From an uncultured Peptococcaceae bacterium (lineage in GTDB: Bacteria > Bacillota > Dehalobacteriia > UBA4068 > UBA4997): DNA of 60,257 bases. Of the stretch, positions 48,069 to 57,859 are shown in pieces. The notes beneath the pieces are model-generated. The model worked only from the letters and a program-made list of their open reading frames with translations, did no database searches and was not told the origin of the DNA. The position numbers were made by a program, and so were the translations under genes. The stretch's first letter is position 1. Every line of letters begins with the position of its first letter. The stretch spans positions 1-60,257 of the forward strand of contig CANSKT010000004.1 of NCBI GenBank assembly GCA_947647555.1, read 5' to 3'.

Positions 48069-48099
48069 TTGATTGGCTCCCGGACAGGCTTTATTTCAT

Positions 48100-48693
48100 T
48101 CAATTTCTAACTCCTTTAAGTACGTTTGGTGTTAAATGTGGTGACAATGACTCTCCACCTAACATGCGGCGTATATTCAGCAAACGGGCCGCTGGCTCTA
48201 GCAAATCGTTAAGGTTATGGTTCATACCATGGCGCAGCCAATCAAGTATAATGCCTACTAACATTGACTGATAAGCAAAGCATAAAAACTGCAAATCCTT
48301 CTCATCAATAGCCATATCTTCCGTTGCCAGGGCAATATGCCTTTGGAAGAATTTCTCTGTTGCCTTATAAAGATACTGCTCAAGCATCGAATGGGTGACT
48401 GATTGATATATATGATACAGCATTTTACGGTTCTGATACATATAATCAAAAAGCAAATGTAAATTGTCTGCCCAATCATCATCAGAAGTAGCATTGTTAA
48501 CAAAAAGCAGTGTTAAATTTCGTTGCAGAACCGCGTCCAGCAGTGCATAAATATCGCCAAAATGGTAATAAAATGTGGTGCGGCTGATGTTGACACGTTT
48601 AATAATTTTTTGAATTGTAATCTTTTCCAGAGGCATTTCCTCCAGCATTTCCACAAAAGTATCCATTATGGCTTTTTCTGTAAATCGAGTCAT
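48100..48693 (-). CDS. TetR-family regulator (DhaS-like C-terminal domain)
   Basis: Contains EKITIQKIIKRVNISRTTFYYHFGDIYALLD. It lies 65 nt downstream of the radical SAM gene on the same strand. Confidence 0.8.
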   Translation of the reverse strand: MTRFTEKAIMDTFVEMLEEMPLEKITIQKIIKRVNISRTTFYYHFGDIYALLDAVLQRNLTLLFVNNATSDDDWADNLHLLFDYMYQNRKMLYHIYQSVTHSMLEQYLYKATEKFFQRHIALATEDMAIDEKDLQFLCFAYQSMLVGIILDWLRHGMNHNLNDLLEPAARLLNIRRMLGGESLSPHLTPNVLKGVRN

Positions 48694-48758
48694 GATAGCT
48701 TCACTCTGCCTTAATTAAAATTATATATATTATAACCATTTTGTTATTTATAGACAAG

Positions 48759-50126
48759 TTATTTTTGGTCTTTCTGGCAGAAACCGCCGCAAGCATGGCA
48801 ATTCCAGAGGCGGTTGGCTGTGGGCTGCCAAAGTTCGGCTTTTTCACGACATTTATCAGAAAGCTGGCGCACGTCTTCCGGCATTTGCATATCTGTGGAA
48901 TGAGCGCCGGATTTTTCCACTATATCCGTCAGGCGGCCAGGATTATCTAAAAGCGGGCATGGACGCAGCATATTTTCATTAAAAGGCTGCCCTTTGCGAT
49001 AAGCCATAAAAAGTGGTGATTGAAAAGCCTCAATTAGGGTTTTGTCATTTATGTTGGAATCGGAATAGTGAATAAATGCACAGGGTTCAATATCGCCGTT
49101 GGCGTTAATATGCAGATAATTGCGGCCGCCAGCAATACAGCCGCCTACATATTCAGCGTCGTTCCAGAAATCCATAGTAAACAGCGGCTTGGTTTCCCGG
49201 AATTTGCGTACCTGATGATACATAAATTCTCGCTGCTCTGCCGAGGCCATTAAATCCGTTGGCGCTCCGTTGCCCACCGGCATATAAGTGAATATCCAAC
49301 AAAATTTGGCGCCCATCTGAATTATCCAGTCAAAATATTCCTCGCTGCCTATGGACGCTACATTTTGTGAGGTGTAGCAGCAGGAAACGCCAAAGGGCAG
49401 TTTGTTTTGTTTTAACAGCTGCATAGCAGCATAAATGCGCTGGAAAGTTCCCTTGCCGCGACGAGAGTCGGTGTGGCCTGCAAAGCCCTCCACACTGATA
49501 GCCGGCACAAAGTTTTTAACTCGTAACATTGCTTCGACGAACTGCTCGTCAATCATTGTGCCATTAGTAAAGGCCAGAAAAACGCAGTCGTTATGCCTTT
49601 CACAAAGGGTGATAATATCAGCTTTACGCATTAGCGGCTCACCGCCGGAATAAATAAACATGTGAATACCAAGCTCTTTAGCCTGAAAAATAATAGAGTC
49701 AAGCGTTGTTAAATCCATATTCATCAGATTACCGTATTTGGCTGCCCAACAACCGGTACAATGTAAATTGCAGGCGCTGGTTGGGTCCATTAAAATTGTC
49801 CAGGGGATATTACACCCATATAATTTTTCAGCTTCCTGACGCCGGGGTGCCCAAAGAAAATTGGCATTGATGATAAAATTTTCAAAAAGTTTTTGGCGTA
49901 CGCCTGCATCAATATCTGTCCAAAGACTTTGTACCAGTTGATACCAGTTGTTGTTTGGTTGGGTCAAAACCTGACGCACTTGGGCAAGCTGGGACTGATA
50001 GGTGCCGGCGGCGTCCAGTTTTTCCACCAAATCCAGCAACTTGGGCAGGTTTTTCTCCGGCTCCTTTTCCAAATAAGCGTAAGCCTGCTTGATAATAGCA
50101 GATTGCAAGTTCTCCTTGAGTTTCAT
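48759..50126 (-). CDS. Radical SAM enzyme with a Cys-rich (SPASM/twitch-like) C-terminal region; substrate unknown
   Basis: CNLHCTGCWAAKY (CxxxCxxC), GGEPLMR, downstream Cys cluster GGCIAGG...EPCAF...RPCP, and a C-terminal CHACGGFC. SD aaaaggagc. Confidence 0.85.
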   Translation of the reverse strand: MKLKENLQSAIIKQAYAYLEKEPEKNLPKLLDLVEKLDAAGTYQSQLAQVRQVLTQPNNNWYQLVQSLWTDIDAGVRQKLFENFIINANFLWAPRRQEAEKLYGCNIPWTILMDPTSACNLHCTGCWAAKYGNLMNMDLTTLDSIIFQAKELGIHMFIYSGGEPLMRKADIITLCERHNDCVFLAFTNGTMIDEQFVEAMLRVKNFVPAISVEGFAGHTDSRRGKGTFQRIYAAMQLLKQNKLPFGVSCCYTSQNVASIGSEEYFDWIIQMGAKFCWIFTYMPVGNGAPTDLMASAEQREFMYHQVRKFRETKPLFTMDFWNDAEYVGGCIAGGRNYLHINANGDIEPCAFIHYSDSNINDKTLIEAFQSPLFMAYRKGQPFNENMLRPCPLLDNPGRLTDIVEKSGAHSTDMQMPEDVRQLSDKCREKAELWQPTANRLWNCHACGGFCQKDQK

Positions 50127-50393
50127 AATTTGTTGCTCCTTTTCAGCTTGAATTATGGACCATTATTTTTCTACTTATAAGTATAATTGAATGGCGTGAA
50201 AAAAACTATTTATAATTGTTGGGACTTGTTATAAAATTGTATATTTCAAATATAATATATATTTTTAGTACATTTTTGGTCGTTTGTCAGTTAATTTAAC
50301 TTGCTTTGTCTTATATTTATATTGCTTGAGGATTATATGACGATTTGTTATACTATAAATAAAATGCCATTTGGCCATGTGCAGGACATAACA

Positions 50394-50424
50394 GAAAAAC
50401 TGCTGCATTTAGCAGCAGTTTTTT
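50394..50424 (-). terminator. Terminator of the deacetylase gene (bidirectional form)
   Basis: aaaactgctgc-attt-agcagcagtttt with flanking A/T runs. Confidence 0.75.
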
Positions 50425-50526
50425 GCCATTTTATTTGGTGTAATATGGGCGGCCAGAGTTTGGTATTGGAGAAAACGACACAGAAATGACCACAATAAAT
50501 ATTTACTATCTTGATACGTAAGCGCT

Positions 50527-51804
50527 TTAGGGCAGACGCATGATAATAGCAGCCAGTTCGGCACGCGTGACGCTTCCCTGATCTTCTTCCAGCTTAAGAA
50601 TGTTTTGAGCCAGTTCATTGTGGCTGGCGACCAGATTGGGCATGGCCTGATAAAGCAGCTGCACCAGACGCTGGCGAGTAAGCGGTTGGTTGGCGTTAAC
50701 CTCTGGGGGTTGGTTGTTAGTCAGGCGTTGGATAAGTATAGCGGCCATTTGTTCAGTAGCCGTTTCTTCGGGATAAAAATAGTTATTATCTGTGGTTAAA
50801 AGTCCGGCAGCTACTACACGGTCAACATCTTCGTAATACCAGCTATCTTTATAAACGTCGGCAAAGCAGTTGCCCATTGTGGAAATCAGCAGATGAACCC
50901 GTTGGCTGCGGCCGCCGTTTAAGTCCAGAGCGGCAAAGGCGGAAAGTTCCCAGCTGGTGTTGTTAATAGTTAAAGGCGCGGTATAAACAGAGCTTTGCGA
51001 ATTGGCTGGTGTGCCGTCCAATGTATAGTAAATGGTGGCGGAGGGGTCTGCGGAGAGGGTCAGTAAATTGTTGGCGGCGTCATAGCTGATTTGCGGCGGT
51101 GTTAGGCCGGGGAGAGTTTGTCCCTTGTTGTAGGCGCTGGAATAGGTGTGATTGGCGCTGGGGCTGATGCCGCGGCGGCGTAATAACTCGCGCACGGTAA
51201 CCAGTTCATAGCCTTGTGACTGCAAATAATCAATGCCGCGCAACGCGCCGGTAATGGTGGAGGGATATAAATCATGCATCAGGATAATGCTGCCGTCACG
51301 ACTGTTTTTAACGATACTCTGGTAAACGGAGTCGGCGTTACGCGATTGCCAGTCGCGCGTATCTACTGACCAGAGTATGGCCGGCGTGCCAATTTGCGCC
51401 AGCACCTGTGCGTTATAACTGCCATAAGGTGGGCGCAGCATATAGTTGCTATCTGTACCAATAGCTTTATTAAAAATACTGATAGTGCGGTTTAGCTGGC
51501 TTTGCAACTCCTCATTGGTTAATTTGGGCAGATAGGGGTGGTTATAGGTATGCGAGGCAATTTGGTGGCCGGACTCATAAGCCTTTTGAACAATATCTGG
51601 GTAGCGTTCGGCGTTGCGTCCCTGCATGAAAAAGGTTACCACCACCTGACGCTGGGCTAATTCTGTCAGCAGATTTTCCGTGTATTTGCTGGGGCCGTCG
51701 TCAAAGGTGACCGCGATTATTTTTTGATTTTCCGCCGCTGAGGCGACCTGGGGCAGGGTTAAAATTAAAAGCAACATTAAAAGTAATAACCCCTGTTTCT
51801 TCAT
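50527..51804 (-). CDS. Secreted polysaccharide deacetylase (NodB domain) with C-terminal Ig-like and SLH-like regions
   Basis: Signal peptide LLLMLLLILTLPQVASA; VTFDDGP, HTYNHP and LMHD; IYYTLDGTPA; C-terminal FADVYKDSWYYEDV. Confidence 0.85.
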   Translation of the reverse strand: MKKQGLLLLMLLLILTLPQVASAAENQKIIAVTFDDGPSKYTENLLTELAQRQVVVTFFMQGRNAERYPDIVQKAYESGHQIASHTYNHPYLPKLTNEELQSQLNRTISIFNKAIGTDSNYMLRPPYGSYNAQVLAQIGTPAILWSVDTRDWQSRNADSVYQSIVKNSRDGSIILMHDLYPSTITGALRGIDYLQSQGYELVTVRELLRRRGISPSANHTYSSAYNKGQTLPGLTPPQISYDAANNLLTLSADPSATIYYTLDGTPANSQSSVYTAPLTINNTSWELSAFAALDLNGGRSQRVHLLISTMGNCFADVYKDSWYYEDVDRVVAAGLLTTDNNYFYPEETATEQMAAILIQRLTNNQPPEVNANQPLTRQRLVQLLYQAMPNLVASHNELAQNILKLEEDQGSVTRAELAAIIMRLP

Positions 51805-51900
51805 TTTGACATATCCCTCTTTCCTTTTTACTCATATTTTTCATTGTATAATATATTGTAATGGAAAATATTGGTGTAGTCAACTTAATTTGAGTAAAAT

Positions 51901-51940
51901 AAAAAAATATCGACGCTCATTGTTGATGAACGCCGATATT
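51901..51940 (-). terminator. Terminator of the ABC importer operon
   Basis: On the minus strand: stem aatatcggcg...cgtcgatatt followed by ttttttt. Confidence 0.65.
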
Positions 51941-51958
51941 CTTGTAATATTATTCTTG

Positions 51959-52753
51959 TTAGCTTAAAAGCATACGGTCATTAGCCAGTTCCTCGCCGGC
52001 AACCACGGCAAATTTAGCCAGCAGATTTTCTACGGTCAGGTTCTTTTTTTCCTCACCGGAGATATCCAGAATAATTTGGCCGTCCTTTAGCATAATCAAC
52101 CGATTGCCATGCTTGATAGCGTCGCGCAAATTCTGCGTAACCATTAATGCTGTCAGCTGGTTTTCCGCAATAATGCGGTCAGAAATTTCCAACACTTTGG
52201 CCGCTGTTTTGGGGTCAAGCGCGGCGGTGTGTTCGTCCAGCAGCAGCAGCTTGGGACGAGTCAGTGTTGCCATCAGCAGGGTTAGTGCCTGCCGCTGGCC
52301 GCCAGAGAGCAGGCCAACCTTGGAAGTCAGGCGGTTTTCCAGACCCAAATCCAGTGTTTTCAGCAACTCCCGGTATTGGTCGCGCTCCTGATGAGTGATA
52401 CGCCAGCGCAGGGTGCGTCTTTTGCCGCGCCGGAGCGCCAGCGCCAGATTTTCCTGAATTTCCATATTGGTAGCCGTACCCAGCATGGGGTCCTGGAAAA
52501 CACGTCCCAGATAGGTGGCGCGTTTATATTCCGGTAGTTTGGTGACATTCTCGCCGTCAATTAAAATTTGTCCCTGGTCGATTGGCCAAACTCCGGAGAT
52601 AGCGTTCAGCATGGTGGACTTGCCAGCGCCGTTGCCGCCGATAACTGTGGCGAAATCGCCGGCGTTCAGGTGCAAATTCAGGCCGTTTAAGGCATGCTTT
52701 TCATTGACGCTGTTGGCGTTGAAGGTTTTATGCACATTATGCAGTTGGAGCAT
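51959..52753 (-). CDS. ABC transporter ATP-binding protein (COG1101-type)
   Basis: Walker A GGNGAGKST, signature LSGGQRQ and Walker B LLLLDEHTAALD. Confidence 0.9.
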   Translation of the reverse strand: MLQLHNVHKTFNANSVNEKHALNGLNLHLNAGDFATVIGGNGAGKSTMLNAISGVWPIDQGQILIDGENVTKLPEYKRATYLGRVFQDPMLGTATNMEIQENLALALRRGKRRTLRWRITHQERDQYRELLKTLDLGLENRLTSKVGLLSGGQRQALTLLMATLTRPKLLLLDEHTAALDPKTAAKVLEISDRIIAENQLTALMVTQNLRDAIKHGNRLIMLKDGQIILDISGEEKKNLTVENLLAKFAVVAGEELANDRMLLS

Positions 52754-53690
52754 TGCCGTCGCCTCCTTTCGCCGGAGCCTGCATGGACTTTTTCAGCGTT
52801 TGCCAATAGGCCTTAAACTGGGGCAGAGCCAGGCAGATTGCCACGGTAATGGCCGTGAACAGTTTTAAGTCATTAGCGTTCATGCCGGCTTTGAGCACCA
52901 ATGCGATAATAATACGGTAAGTTATCGCGCCCAAACTCATGGAGAGCAGACAGCGCCAGAACGATTTGGTGCCGAAAAGCACCTCGCCGATGATAACTGA
53001 GGCCAAACCAATAACAATGGAGCCGGTGCCCATTTGTACATCAGAGTATGACTGATTTTGCGCAATCAGGGCGCCAGACATGGCCACCAGACCGTTGGAA
53101 AGCATTAGACCCAGCAAAATCATGGTGTCGGTGTTTACGCCCTGCGCTCGTACCATTTGTTGGTTGTTGCCGGTGGCGCGGATTGCCGAACCCAATTCAG
53201 TGCCGAAGAACCAGTACAGGAAAACGGAAACAATGATTACCACCAGTAGGCCGGTCAACAGAATAGCCACGTTTTTGGTGATAATGCCCTGCTCGGCCAG
53301 ACCTTGCATAAAAGGCAGGCGTTCGATGGGGGAAAATACAGTTTCCACTTGCAGCAGGGTAATATTAGCTTTGCCCATGATGCGCAGGTTAACGGAATAA
53401 AGCGCAATCATGGTAAGAATACCGGAAAGTAGCGCCGGAATTTTCAGCTTGGTGTGTAACAGACCGGTAACCAGACCGCAGAGTAAGCCGGCCAGCAGCG
53501 CCATAAAGGTGCCAATCCAAGGATTGCCGCCGCCGGTTATCCAGACTGCGCCCATGGCGGCGCCGGTTACCAGCGTTCCCTCCACAGACAAATCGGCAAT
53601 ATCAAGTAAACGATAGGTGATGTAGACGCCCATGGTCATAACTGCCCAAAGCAGACCCAAAGAGATAGCGCCTAAAATAATATTTAACAT
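52737..53690 (-). CDS. ABC transporter permease (COG4120-type)
   Basis: Multi-TM protein whose gene overlaps the ATPase gene. Confidence 0.85.
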   Translation of the reverse strand: MLNIILGAISLGLLWAVMTMGVYITYRLLDIADLSVEGTLVTGAAMGAVWITGGGNPWIGTFMALLAGLLCGLVTGLLHTKLKIPALLSGILTMIALYSVNLRIMGKANITLLQVETVFSPIERLPFMQGLAEQGIITKNVAILLTGLLVVIIVSVFLYWFFGTELGSAIRATGNNQQMVRAQGVNTDTMILLGLMLSNGLVAMSGALIAQNQSYSDVQMGTGSIVIGLASVIIGEVLFGTKSFWRCLLSMSLGAITYRIIIALVLKAGMNANDLKLFTAITVAICLALPQFKAYWQTLKKSMQAPAKGGDGNAPTA

Positions 53691-53702
53691 GTTTGCTAAC
53701 CT

Positions 53703-54674
53703 CTAAATTACAAATTCCTGCAAATCAGCCGGAATTTCAATGCCCAGGGCTTCACAGGCCGCGCCGTTAATGCAGTATTCTTTTTCAGATGAGCCCTGAA
53801 TGGGCATAGTTGCCGGGTCAGCGCCGTTTTCCAGAATATCCAGCGCCATTTCTGCGGCGGCCTGACCGATACCATAATAGGTGATGCCAACCGTGGCCGT
53901 GCCGCCGTTTTTAACCTGCAATGCCTCACCGCAGATTACCGGAATACCAGCTGTAATAGTGATATCGTTAACTGTGGGTATGGCGGAAGCAAAGTTGTTG
54001 TCTGTGGGAATATAGATAGCGTCGCACTCGCTGACGATAGCCGTGGTGGCCTGCTGAATATCATTAGTGTTAGTAATGGTGCGTTCCACAGTGGCAATGC
54101 CCAGTGTTTCCAAATAATCTTTGGCAATCTGGCATTGCAGCACGGAGTTATCTTCAGCGGAGGTGTATAAGAAACCTACCGTTTTAACGTCAGGGCAAAG
54201 CCTTAACATTAAATCAATCTGGTCCGTAATCGGGTTCATGTCACTGGTGCCGGTAATATTTCCGCCGGGCTGTTCATCGGAGGCTACCAGACCGGATTTG
54301 CTAAAGCTGGTTACAGCTGTCGCCACAATCGGTATTGTGCTGGTTTTGCTGGCCATGGCCTGCGTGGAGGGCGTGGCGATAGTAAACGCCAAATCCACCT
54401 GTTCAGATACAAACTTGTCCGCAATCGTGGAAAGGTTGTTCATGTCGCCCTGGCCGTTTTCAATCAGCAAGGTAACTTTATCGCCGTCGGTGTAGCCGCG
54501 CTCGGCCAGCTTATCCACAAAACCCTGCTGGGCCAGATTGAGCGCGTCATGTTCCATCAACTGCATAATACCAATCTTGTAAAGCGATGTGTCAGCTTTT
54601 TCGCCGCAGCCGGCCAAACAGAATGTCAGGCATAAAATAACGGCTAACAGTGTAAATCGTTTCAAAGTTTTCAT
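53703..54674 (-). CDS. ABC transporter substrate-binding lipoprotein (COG2984 / ABC_sub_bind type), copy 2
   Basis: Lipobox LCLTFCLAGC; about 85% identical to 54714-55724. Confidence 0.85.
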   Translation of the reverse strand: MKTLKRFTLLAVILCLTFCLAGCGEKADTSLYKIGIMQLMEHDALNLAQQGFVDKLAERGYTDGDKVTLLIENGQGDMNNLSTIADKFVSEQVDLAFTIATPSTQAMASKTSTIPIVATAVTSFSKSGLVASDEQPGGNITGTSDMNPITDQIDLMLRLCPDVKTVGFLYTSAEDNSVLQCQIAKDYLETLGIATVERTITNTNDIQQATTAIVSECDAIYIPTDNNFASAIPTVNDITITAGIPVICGEALQVKNGGTATVGITYYGIGQAAAEMALDILENGADPATMPIQGSSEKEYCINGAACEALGIEIPADLQEFVI

Positions 54675-54713
54675 AATTATCTCCTACCTATCTACCATAT
54701 TTGTGTGTTTTGT

Positions 54714-55724
54714 TTATTCTGCCGGATTAACGACAAACTCCTGCAATTCGGCCGGGATTTCAATACCCAGTCCGGCGCAAACCTGACCATTAATGCAGTA
54801 TTCTTTTTCGGTGGAGCCCTGAATAGCCATAGTGGCCGGGTTTGTGCCGTTTTCCAGAATATCCAATGCCATTTCTGCCGCGGCTTCGCCAATACCATAA
54901 TAGGTAATGCCCACGGTGGCGGTGCCGCCGGTTTTAACCATGTTGGACTCGCCGCAGATTACCGGAATACCGGCCGCCATGGTTACATCATTAACGGTGG
55001 GCATGGCGGAAGCAAAGTTGTTGTCAGTGGGAATATAGATAGCGTCACATTCGCTGACGATAGCCGTTGTGGCCTGCTGCACGTCATTGGTGTTGGTGAT
55101 AGTGCGCTCCACAGTTTCAATGCCCTTGGACTCCAGATATTCCTTGGCAATGCGGCATTGCAGTGCGGAGTTATCCTCGGAAGAAGTATAGAGGAAACCA
55201 ACGGTTTTAACTTCCGGGCAGAGCTGCAACATTAAATCAAGCTGGTCGGATATGGGGTTCATATCGCTGGTACCGGTGATATTGCCGCCGGGCTGTTCGT
55301 CAGAAGCCACCAGACCGGCCTCGGTGAAGCTGGTTACAGCTGTGGCTACAATCGGTATTGTAGTGGTTTTGCTGGCCATAGCCTGGGTGGAGGGAGTGGC
55401 GATTGTGAATGCCAAATCTACCTGTTCAGATACGAATTTATCGGCAATCGTGGAGAGATTATTTGTGTCGCCCTGGCCGTTTTCAATCAGCAGGGTAATC
55501 TTGTCACCATCGGTATAGCCGCGTTCCGCCAGCTTGTCGATAAAACCCTGTTGCGCTAAGTTAAGCGCTTCATGGTCCATCAGCTGCATAATACCAATTT
55601 TGTACTGCACGTCATCGGTTTTGTTGTCGGTGTTGCCTGCGTCTTTGGCGTCATTACAGCCAGCCAGTGCCAAAGTCAGGCAGAGGGCGGCAAACAGCGC
55701 CATAATTTTGTTGAACTTTTTCAT
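54714..55724 (-). CDS. ABC transporter substrate-binding lipoprotein, copy 1
   Basis: Lipobox LCLTLALAGC; tandem paralogue of 53703-54674. Confidence 0.85.
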   Translation of the reverse strand: MKKFNKIMALFAALCLTLALAGCNDAKDAGNTDNKTDDVQYKIGIMQLMDHEALNLAQQGFIDKLAERGYTDGDKITLLIENGQGDTNNLSTIADKFVSEQVDLAFTIATPSTQAMASKTTTIPIVATAVTSFTEAGLVASDEQPGGNITGTSDMNPISDQLDLMLQLCPEVKTVGFLYTSSEDNSALQCRIAKEYLESKGIETVERTITNTNDVQQATTAIVSECDAIYIPTDNNFASAMPTVNDVTMAAGIPVICGESNMVKTGGTATVGITYYGIGEAAAEMALDILENGTNPATMAIQGSTEKEYCINGQVCAGLGIEIPAELQEFVVNPAE

Positions 55725-55905
55725 TTTTGTAGCCTCCTGATATTTTTTTGCATTTTGACAGGTCTGCCAGTTTAAACTTGAGCCTGCAAATGCTTTTGCT
55801 AAAAATTATAGACCAAAAGGCTGCTTTTTGTCAATAAGTTAATGAAGGAAAATTTATATTTATACAAATTTTAATACACATTTGGCTTTAATTATCAATA
55901 AAATT

Positions 55906-56481
55906 TTAGTTTACGCGTTCAAATATATCTTCCAGCGTAATCACCAAATCATCATACAGGCTGCACTTAAATTCTGTAATCAGGCTGGCGCGTTCTTCCT
56001 CGGTCATTTTATTCAGCATAAAGTCCGGGTAGATGGTGTAAATTTCCTGCAAGACCAGTTGACCGTCCTGTAACAGATATTGTTCAACCGATTTATTGTT
56101 AGTATCAACCAGCCAGTATTCTTTAACGCCGCATTGGGCATAAATATCTTTTTTATAGGTTCTGTCCCTTTTCATGGTGCTGGGGGAGAGTACCTCCACA
56201 ACCAAATCAGGCGCGCCATGCACGCCGTCGTTTTTAATGATACCCGGATTGCAGACCACCATCATATCAGGACGAAAATGGTCTTTATCCGTCAGGTATA
56301 ATTCAAAACCGTCCTGAAATGGTATACAGCTTTTACCTTTTAGGTAATGCTGAAAAATTGAATAAATATTGCCTGCCGCATAAAAATGGTTAGCAAAGGG
56401 GCTGTGCGACATCTGCACAATTTGACCATTGATTAAATCTCTGCTGATATATTATTCATGATATGCAAGGTTTGTGTTCAT
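55906..56481 (-). pseudogene. Uma2-family (DUF820) endonuclease interrupted by an in-frame TAA at codon 10
   Basis: Strong SD aaggaaaggag lies 8 nt before ATG 56481. The translation is MNTNLAYHE*YISRDLINGQIVQMSHSP..., all in one frame. The core is PDMMVV...APDLVVEVLSPST...K...Y...GVKEYWLVD. Confidence 0.75.
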
Positions 56482-56680
56482 TTTAACCGCTCCTTTCCTT
56501 ATTTAAATAAATATTTTTTCTAAAACATAATTTTAATATAGCATTTTAAGCAGGAAAAAGCAATAATAATCAAAATAATATTATTTATATTATTGAAAAA
56601 AATATTTTATATGCTAAAATAATGTGATATAATATAACATAGTAAAACATTTTATAAAAACTTCAAGTGAGGGAAATAGC

Positions 56681-57844
56681 TTGACTAATGATGGAATTTT
56701 AATGCCGGGTGAGTTGCCTGTTCAGCCGGCTCAACAGAAGCAACAAAATCGCTTGGTAACACAGGAAAGAATTCAGACTGACTGGGAGAATGCTGAACAG
56801 CCGGCGGTTAGTTTAACCGGACAGATTATGCGCGAGCCGGCCGCAGAGGTTAAATATCGCCTGCCGCTGACGGAGCGCGCTTTGGAGGCGCTTTTGGGCC
56901 GGCAGGAGGCGTTGTTGCTGCTTTTGGAGCGTAATTTGCAGGTGCGGCTGGTGCCTAAGGAAAGTAGTCTGCTGCTTTTGGGCGAACAGGCCGAGGTGGA
57001 GAGGGCGGCAGCAATTTTGCGTCATCTGCTGGCGATGGCGGACACCGGGACGGAAATTGACGAAGTGGCGCTTAATTATCAGCTGGCGCTTTGGGAGCAG
57101 CGTTTGCATAATAATGCGCCGGATTCTCTGGGCACATCAAGCGCAACGGCTTCACAAAACGCATGGGACGCTAATCTGCTTAATCAGGTTATTTATACTA
57201 CGCCCAAAGGGCGGCAAATTCGCCCTAAAACCTATGGCCAGTATGCCTATTTGCAGGCCATTGACCGGCATGATATAACCTTTGGCATTGGCCCGGCCGG
57301 TACCGGCAAAACTTATCTGGCGGTGGTTAAGGCGGCTGACGCGCTGAAGCGTCGTCGGGTTAGCAAGGTGGTGCTGGTGCGTCCGGCTGTGGAGGCCGGG
57401 GAAAAGCTGGGTTTTCTGCCCGGCGATTTGCAGGAAAAGGTTAATCCCTATCTGCGGCCGATTTATGACGCTTTAGATGATACGCTTGGCGCGGAAACCG
57501 CGGCCAAGTATATGGAGCGCGGTTTGATTGAGGTTGTGCCGTTGGCTTATATGCGCGGCCGCACGCTGGACGCTTCATTCATTATTTTGGACGAAGCGCA
57601 GAACACTACGCCGCCGCAGATGAAGATGTTTTTAACCCGTTTGGGGCAGGCCAGCAAAGCCGTGGTTACGGGTGATATTACGCAGATTGACCTGCCGGCC
57701 GGACAAAAATCGGGTTTGCGCGACGCGCAGCAGGTTTTGGGCGCGGTGCCGGGGCTGGCTTTTTGCTATCTGACAGATTTGGACGTGGTGCGTCACCCGC
57801 TGGTGCAGAGAATTATTGAAGCCTATGCCAGAGCGGAAAAATAG
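56681..57844 (+). CDS. phoH: PhoH-family ATPase with an N-terminal extension
   Basis: Contains [21 protein letters not shown] and [15 protein letters not shown] start after SD gaggga. Confidence 0.85.
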   Translation: MTNDGILMPGELPVQPAQQKQQNRLVTQERIQTDWENAEQPAVSLTGQIMREPAAEVKYRLPLTERALEALLGRQEALLLLLERNLQVRLVPKESSLLLLGEQAEVERAAAILRHLLAMADTGTEIDEVALNYQLALWEQRLHNNAPDSLGTSSATASQNAWDANLLNQVIYTTPKGRQIRPKTYGQYAYLQAIDRHDITFGIGPAGTGKTYLAVVKAADALKRRRVSKVVLVRPAVEAGEKLGFLPGDLQEKVNPYLRPIYDALDDTLGAETAAKYMERGLIEVVPLAYMRGRTLDASFIILDEAQNTTPPQMKMFLTRLGQASKAVVTGDITQIDLPAGQKSGLRDAQQVLGAVPGLAFCYLTDLDVVRHPLVQRIIEAYARAEK

Positions 57845-57859
57845 GCCGGGGAGTGTATT

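Larger units (their letters stand above)
43440..48099. other. AT-rich accessory region with multiple decayed genes
   Basis: Composition shifts visibly. The region holds an XRE gene, a stop-interrupted sigma factor, an anti-sigma factor, an orphan permease, and HlyD and GT8 remnants. Confidence 0.45.

Noticed and set aside
50348-50389. A 13-codon minus-strand ORF (MSCTWPNGILFIV) upstream of the radical SAM gene could be a RiPP precursor.
   Set aside because: It has no SD and overlaps the deacetylase terminator region. It is too short to carry a leader plus a core, and no protease or transporter is present.
12444-56454. The three in-frame TAA codons might indicate TAA reassignment, or a suppressor tRNA encoded by the tRNA-like gene.
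   Set aside because: TAA is the genuine terminator of many intact genes here (recombinase, yoeB, both flavodoxins, the SLH protein at 14937). The tRNA-like gene has anticodon GGC, not TTA. The three stop contexts share no motif.
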